From assembly GCA_965644495.1 (NCBI GenBank), contig CBFFSA010000001.1, positions 3,782,001 through 3,846,000 on the forward strand: a stretch of 64,000 nt of DNA. The letters are read 5' to 3'. The DNA comes from Perkinsela sp. CCAP 1560/9 (taxonomy: Eukaryota; Protista; Euglenozoa: Kinetoplastea). The notes under the pieces were generated by a model. The model was not told the DNA's origin. It searched no databases and was given only the letters and a program-made list of their open reading frames with translations. Both the position numbers and the translations under genes were made by a program. Shown here in pieces: positions 58,887 through 64,000 of this stretch; the stretch's first letter is position 1, and each line of letters begins with the position of its first letter.

Positions 58887-60061
58887 CAGGGGGGGGCCAC
58901 GAAAACTGACTAGCTTCGCATTTTAGCCTCGTGAGGATCTCAATCAAATTGAGATCAGGAGATTTCGAAGGCCAGTCAATAATTTTAATTCCTTCCAGCT
59001 TACCTATTCTCCGGGCTGCCCCGTGGCCTGGCGCATTGTCAAGGACAACAGCAGCCCCCGGCCGCCGATGCATCCAGTTAAAAAACCTATTTCGCTTCTT
59101 CATTGTTCTCAGAAAAACTTCGTTTGTTACGGTTTCATTCTGGGAAAACTCGTGGAAACACGCATCGGGTACTTCCCAACGCAGACTGGTTGCCATGAAT
59201 ACATGCACTCCCTTCCCCCCGTACCACCTATCCATTTCTACTGGTGTTTCCTTGGGGGGGTCAGTGATTTTTGCAAGATATGTGATTTTTTTCCCATGTG
59301 AACCACATCGGAAAGTCTTCTCGTCACACCATACCACACGGGACAGCTGATCTGGACTCCATCCATCGAAGTAATCAGCAAGTTGTAATCGGGCAGCCTT
59401 GTGCCCAGCAGTTAAGAAAGGTTTGTGTGACATAGTCTTAATGACGTATCCCATCCTTTTCAAACTCCGTTTTACGATGTTCAGACTACAAGGATAAAGT
59501 GTCTTGTCCACTCTCTTGTGTACCCATTTAAACCCCGGACACCCGAATGGCGTGTCTTTCTCATCATCAACAAGGGTACAGAGCATAGCACGGAATTCCT
59601 CCGTATCAACGGCATTATCGCGCGAGTAGCTCGCACGTGCCACGTCACCTGACTCATCAAAACGTGTCTTGTACCGATAGACAGAGCTCTCAGAACAGTT
59701 CATCATTCGTGCCGTGTCTTCAATACTTGTACCACGATGTCTTTCGTGTGCGCAAACAATGCGTATGGAATACGAAGACTGCTCTGGGGACAATTGGCGA
59801 CGGTTTAATCTATGCCGCTTGCCCATAGTGAAGAAAAAAGAAGAGAAAACCAACTTTTTTACTATTTTTTATGCTTTTTGCAAAATAAATCGTCTTAAAT
59901 TTCAGTATTTTCGAAATGCAAAATATCAGGTTTATACAAACGAGTTCTAAATAGCGTAGACACGATATTCAGAACGAGTTTTCTCGTTTGCAACAAAAAT
60001 TAGCTCAAACGGCCTCACGAGGCTAAAATGCGAAGCTAGTCAGTTTTCGTGGCCCCCCCTG
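58887..60061 (-). mobile_element. Tc1/IS630-family transposon (DD32E) with about 50-bp TIRs, C-terminus deleted
   Basis: TA|CAGGGGGGG(G)CCACGAAAACTGACTAGCTTCGCATTTTAGCCTCGTGAGG at both ends. VVWCDEK, LDNAPGH, WPSKSPDLNLIE, after which the ORF runs into the TIR. Confidence 0.92.
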
Positions 60062-60100
60062 TATATGCGCCAACGAGCGCATGAACATCAAGCTTAAACG

Positions 60101-60468
60101 GGGGTCCGGTTTAGCATGCCCCCCCGGTGTGGCACGAAGTCACAGGTATGGTAGCAGGTCACAGGTATGGTAGCAGGTCACAGGTACGGTAAGTTGTTTG
60201 GCTAAAATTTTAAAACAGTGATTAACAGCAAAAGTTACCAGTGGATGTTCACCAGTAAAAATCATAGAAGTGAAAAAACGCGATAAATAGTGAAGAAAAA
60301 CGAATAACGCTCTGTAGGGTTAGAATCTACATGGGCCACCTCGAACAAGAAGTCGATATCACATTTTTTCTGCCTGAAAAACCAGGGGGGGTATGCTATC
60401 GACCCTGGGTAATGATACCATATCCCCCCGGTATGATACGAGGTCACAGGTATGCTAAACCGGACCGC
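60101..60468. mobile_element. MITE
   Basis: TIR GGTCCGGTTTAGCAT / ATGCTAAACCGGACC with repeated GTCACAGGTATG. Related inverted fragment at about 29560-29760. Confidence 0.75.
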
Positions 60469-60935
60469 ATTTCACTAGGAATAAACTCCGGCGCACTTTA
60501 CATTTCGATGTTCTTCCGCAACGTCTCTCAATTCTTTATCTGGACTATAATTAAGACCTTGGAATTTATGATCCAAGTAAGCTTCCACCAAGTATCATTG
60601 TGGGTAGTACTTTTCTACTTACTCATAAGCTGAAATCTGCGGAAATTAGCGGTGATTGCTTCCTGATGTGAAATAAAGCCAATGTAAATTTTTCTACGAC
60701 TTTAAACTTCTTGCTATAATTCCAAAGAAAATACACATTGGCATATGGCTAGGATTAGTATTTGTTACTTACCACTAGACTTGTTTTGTCACATGGGGGT
60801 ATGGGGGGAAACAATAAATTGAAAAATAATGAAAAATTATATTTCGCACGCAACACTCGTATGCAGCATACTGTATACAACGTGATTTTGAACTTCGATT
60901 TTTAACCATAAATTTCTTTTTCTTGAGCTCACGTA

Positions 60936-61718
60936 ATGATGATTCGCATATTTAACGCTGTCCTGGCAGCGGATCCTTCACAAAGCAAACCAGGGAAGGT
61001 GCGCGGCGTGCCTCACCCGCAAGAATACAATTTACATTTCCTCGTTCAAAATCTCACCCAAACTCATCCATCCTGGAGTGCACACAATGAAGTCTGTTCC
61101 TGGCTGGGTATTACCTGTAACACAGATCGTCAAGTCACGCGCATTGATTGGTCTTTTTTGAGTCTCCGAGGGGTTCTGCGGTTTGACCTGTTGCCCCACA
61201 CCCTAACTTTTCTGGATGTGATGCAAAACGAGATAGAAGGTGCGGCACGGCTTGATAAACTCCCCCCTTCACTCTTTCGTCTTGTGCTCTCTACGAATCT
61301 TTTTTCAGGTCCCATTTCGCTGTGCTCACTACCCGCAGAGATGAGCACACTTAATTTGTTTCATAACCGCATGGAAGGAGAATTGTGTCTTAGTTTGTTG
61401 CCCCCTCAACTTGAATCGCTACAACTCGCGCGGAATCGATTTCGTGGAGGGCTAAATATTGCCTCTCTTCCCAAAACGTTGCGCCGCCTGGATGTGGGCT
61501 CAAATCTTCTCAGTGGCCCGTTAGAATTTCTCTCCTTGCCTCACGGAATTCAAGAAATACGACTGGACCGAAATCGATTCGGGGGAGCGGTACAACTCGT
61601 AAATTTGCCGCCCAATATTCTGGAGTTGAATCTATCATGGAACTGCCTGGCTCAAATAACACCAGACCCTGTACCGAATTTCGTATATGTTGGAGCGCAG
61701 CATCCTATCGTAGATTGA
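60936..61718 (+). CDS. LRR protein
   Basis: AADPS..KPGKVRG..PQEYNL, VCSWLGITC, about 7 LRRs. Confidence 0.92.
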   Translation: MMIRIFNAVLAADPSQSKPGKVRGVPHPQEYNLHFLVQNLTQTHPSWSAHNEVCSWLGITCNTDRQVTRIDWSFLSLRGVLRFDLLPHTLTFLDVMQNEIEGAARLDKLPPSLFRLVLSTNLFSGPISLCSLPAEMSTLNLFHNRMEGELCLSLLPPQLESLQLARNRFRGGLNIASLPKTLRRLDVGSNLLSGPLEFLSLPHGIQEIRLDRNRFGGAVQLVNLPPNILELNLSWNCLAQITPDPVPNFVYVGAQHPIVD

Positions 61719-62261
61719 TTCTACTTGATAAATATCTACAAAGAGGGGCTAGGTGTTAGGGGTTATAAAAAATGGCTATTTTTGGTTGTTGTTGTTGTTG
61801 TTGTTTTTGTTGTTGGCTTTACAAAGTAATAAGTATAATTCAAATAAACGGCAAAAAGAATCATAATAATTCTTTTAGCAAGATGGTGGAAAACAATGAC
61901 TTAGAACATTCGCCTACAGAGTTTACATGTTTTGTGCAAAATCGTTTTGAATGGTCTTCGGCTCTACATGTATGTTTCTTTGTCTGGTTATCTAGTTTTC
62001 TAATATCTCCGATTAAATTTGCCTTCTGGAGAGCTTGATCCAGAAAACTTATCCCCAATAGCATATTCCGAAATAATGTGCTGGGGCTCAATCTGGAAAT
62101 ACGCAGCTGTGATAATATTATGTATGATGATACATAATAAGTAATTAAATGACGGACAAATTCTTCTCATTCATCCGGCAAATTTGTTTTGTACAAAATA
62201 TGATTATTTGATCTTTATTGTTACTCGAGATTTCTTTTTCACTTTTCATTAAAATTTAATC

Positions 62262-63044
62262 ATGACATTGCTTGTTTCCCTTGCTGACGTACGCGACCGG
62301 GTAAATAGCGCTAGCAAGATTCGCGGAGCTGAAATGAGCTATGAGCTCATGATGCAGCGTTTTGTCGCCTCTTTGCATACGCATAATGAAGAATTAATAT
62401 GGGATTCAAATAAGCATCCATGTCTCTGGAATGGGGTAGACTGTGAGGAACACACTATTGTTCGAATTCGGTGGAACTGGTGCAAACTCCACGGGAACCT
62501 TTCTTTATCGTTTCTTCCGAGCACCGTACGCGAGCTCCTCTTATACAAAAATCTGTTGGAAGGCTCCTTAGAAGTCGCCTATCTCCCTGAGAAGTTGGAG
62601 CACATTTCCGTTGGAGAAAACAATCTTAGCGGAGGAATATCTCTCACGTCACTGCCGAATGCGCTAGAACGTGCCGACTTTACGGCGAACGGGTTCGAAG
62701 GTGCTCTCGAACTTTCTACTCTCCCCTCTAAGCTGAGTTTTCTCTGGCTTTCAAAAAATAAGCTTGAGGGGACAATTAACCTAACTTCCCTCCCGTCTTC
62801 GCTACTCGTATTAGATCTGCGTGGGAATCAACTTACTGGGAATCCCTCACTAGATAATTTGCCTTCGTTAATGCTACACCTCTATCTTTCTGACAACAGG
62901 TTCGAGGGAGAGTTAGACTGTCGCGCACTCTCTGCCAGGTTGGCATTGCACGTAGAAAGAAACATGTTTTCGAAGATAATTTTACCTCCGGTGGGCCAAG
63001 GGGCTGCTGTAGGGCACACTGCACCATGTTTTATTCGGAAGTAA
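62262..63044 (+). CDS. LRR protein
   Basis: AD..SKIRG..SYEL, PCLWNGVDC, about 7 LRRs. Confidence 0.92.
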   Translation: MTLLVSLADVRDRVNSASKIRGAEMSYELMMQRFVASLHTHNEELIWDSNKHPCLWNGVDCEEHTIVRIRWNWCKLHGNLSLSFLPSTVRELLLYKNLLEGSLEVAYLPEKLEHISVGENNLSGGISLTSLPNALERADFTANGFEGALELSTLPSKLSFLWLSKNKLEGTINLTSLPSSLLVLDLRGNQLTGNPSLDNLPSLMLHLYLSDNRFEGELDCRALSARLALHVERNMFSKIILPPVGQGAAVGHTAPCFIRK

Positions 63045-63563
63045 GGGAGACATCACATCCGAAACATGTACGTCACACTGAAACGTCCTGCTTCAGATCG
63101 AAACATGCTGCTAAATCATACTACACAGCGTGTATACAAGTGTCTCTTTAAAAATATATGTTTTTACAGTCGTTCCTGAACACTGTAAAGCTTCTACAAT
63201 AGTAGTTTTACAGTGCTAAGGAACTTTCAGCTGAAATTCCGAAGAAAAAGCCAGGTCACTGTATTTTTACCCACCTGAACTTTTCCTACAAGACTTCTGA
63301 TTTTATTTTTGTCCTTACTTACATGGCGTTCATCCCTTCTTTATCATAAAGAAATCATAAAGAAAATTTCTATATAATTTATAACGAAGGCATAAATTAT
63401 GCCTCTTCGTTCTTACAAAATCAACCTTGAAAAGAGCGATCTCATAACTCTATGCCATCCTACCTCTCACCCTAGTAGCCCGCCAAAACACACAAAAAAA
63501 AGAAAATTTAAAAAATATTGAAAACACATTTTCGTCAACCCCTCCCTTTTCTCCCCCTTTCCC

Positions 63564-64000
63564 ATGAGCCTTTCCCCCTCCGCAACCTCCACTCCTCCCC
63601 CTCAACCCGAACCCTCCACCCACGAACTCGTTCCTGACTTCACCCTCCCCGTTGAAACCCGTCTCACCCCAACCCACACCGCACTCACCCAAACCCACCA
63701 CGCCCTCCTCACCCAGCTCCACGCCCTGCAGCAAACCGTCGCGCTTCAAAACCAGCAGCTGGAGGAATTCGAGTCCCGTGTCGATACAATCGGGGGCAAA
63801 ACAGAAGCCACGTCTTCGCCTGGATTGGGGTTAGGTAAAGAAAACAGAAAAGGCTTTTCTTCTTCTTCTATTTCTTCTTCTTCTTCTTCTTCTTCTTCTC
63901 TTCGCTATCACGGGATGCCCCAGGAGCTGGCCTCGGATGCGCTACGACGTCGAGCGCTGCGTCTGCAGCAAACGGCGTGCTCGATCAAGGCCCTGCGGCA
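63564..64000 (+). CDS. Hypothetical coiled-coil protein, runs off the window end
   Basis: ATG after a polypyrimidine tract. The frame is open to 64000 (MSLSPSATST..LLTQLHALQQTV..poly-Ser). Confidence 0.55.
   Translation, partial: MSLSPSATSTPPPQPEPSTHELVPDFTLPVETRLTPTHTALTQTHHALLTQLHALQQTVALQNQQLEEFESRVDTIGGKTEATSSPGLGLGKENRKGFSSSSISSSSSSSSSLRYHGMPQELASDALRRRALRLQQTACSIKALR

Noticed and set aside
1-64000. Prokaryotic origin of the window (IS-like transposases, no introns)
   Set aside because: ER lectin, eukaryotic RNR1, SL-like RNA, non-LTR retroelement, low coding density and single-strand gene orientation indicate a eukaryote.

Overview
The window is intron-free eukaryotic DNA, most likely from a kinetoplastid and probably a Perkinsela/Ichthyobodo-type prokinetoplastid. 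This is an inference from three things: a dimeric kinetoplastid-type dUTPase, a spliced-leader-RNA-like gene, and all host genes lying on the + strand as in a polycistronic cluster. Host genes are ribonucleotide reductase large subunit, dUTPase, an OS-9-like MRH lectin, a COQ11/NDUFA9-like atypical SDR, an HMG-box/KAP-like protein and several hypothetical proteins. There are also about 11 dispersed copies of a small LRR-protein family that share an N-terminal [SA]D..RLG[KR]V..LPQEY.L motif. A large part of the window is a nested transposon landscape: Tc1/IS630 (DD35E, DD32E), hAT-like, Merlin, two-ORF PHIS/Harbinger-like, a TATE/VIPER-like tyrosine-recombinase retroelement, an RLE-type non-LTR retrotransposon, tRNA-headed SINE-like elements, many MITEs and a 2-kb CACGTG-rich minisatellite. 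The most notable observations are: (1) an IS30-family element with TIRs, a 3-bp TSD and triplicated terminal motifs in a eukaryotic chromosome; (2) repeated C-rich / AT-core / G-rich strand-skew switches written into coding sequences; (3) a solitary divergent SL RNA; (4) the conserved N-terminal motif of the LRR family. All calls were made by eye with no database searches, and boundaries of degenerate elements are approximate.
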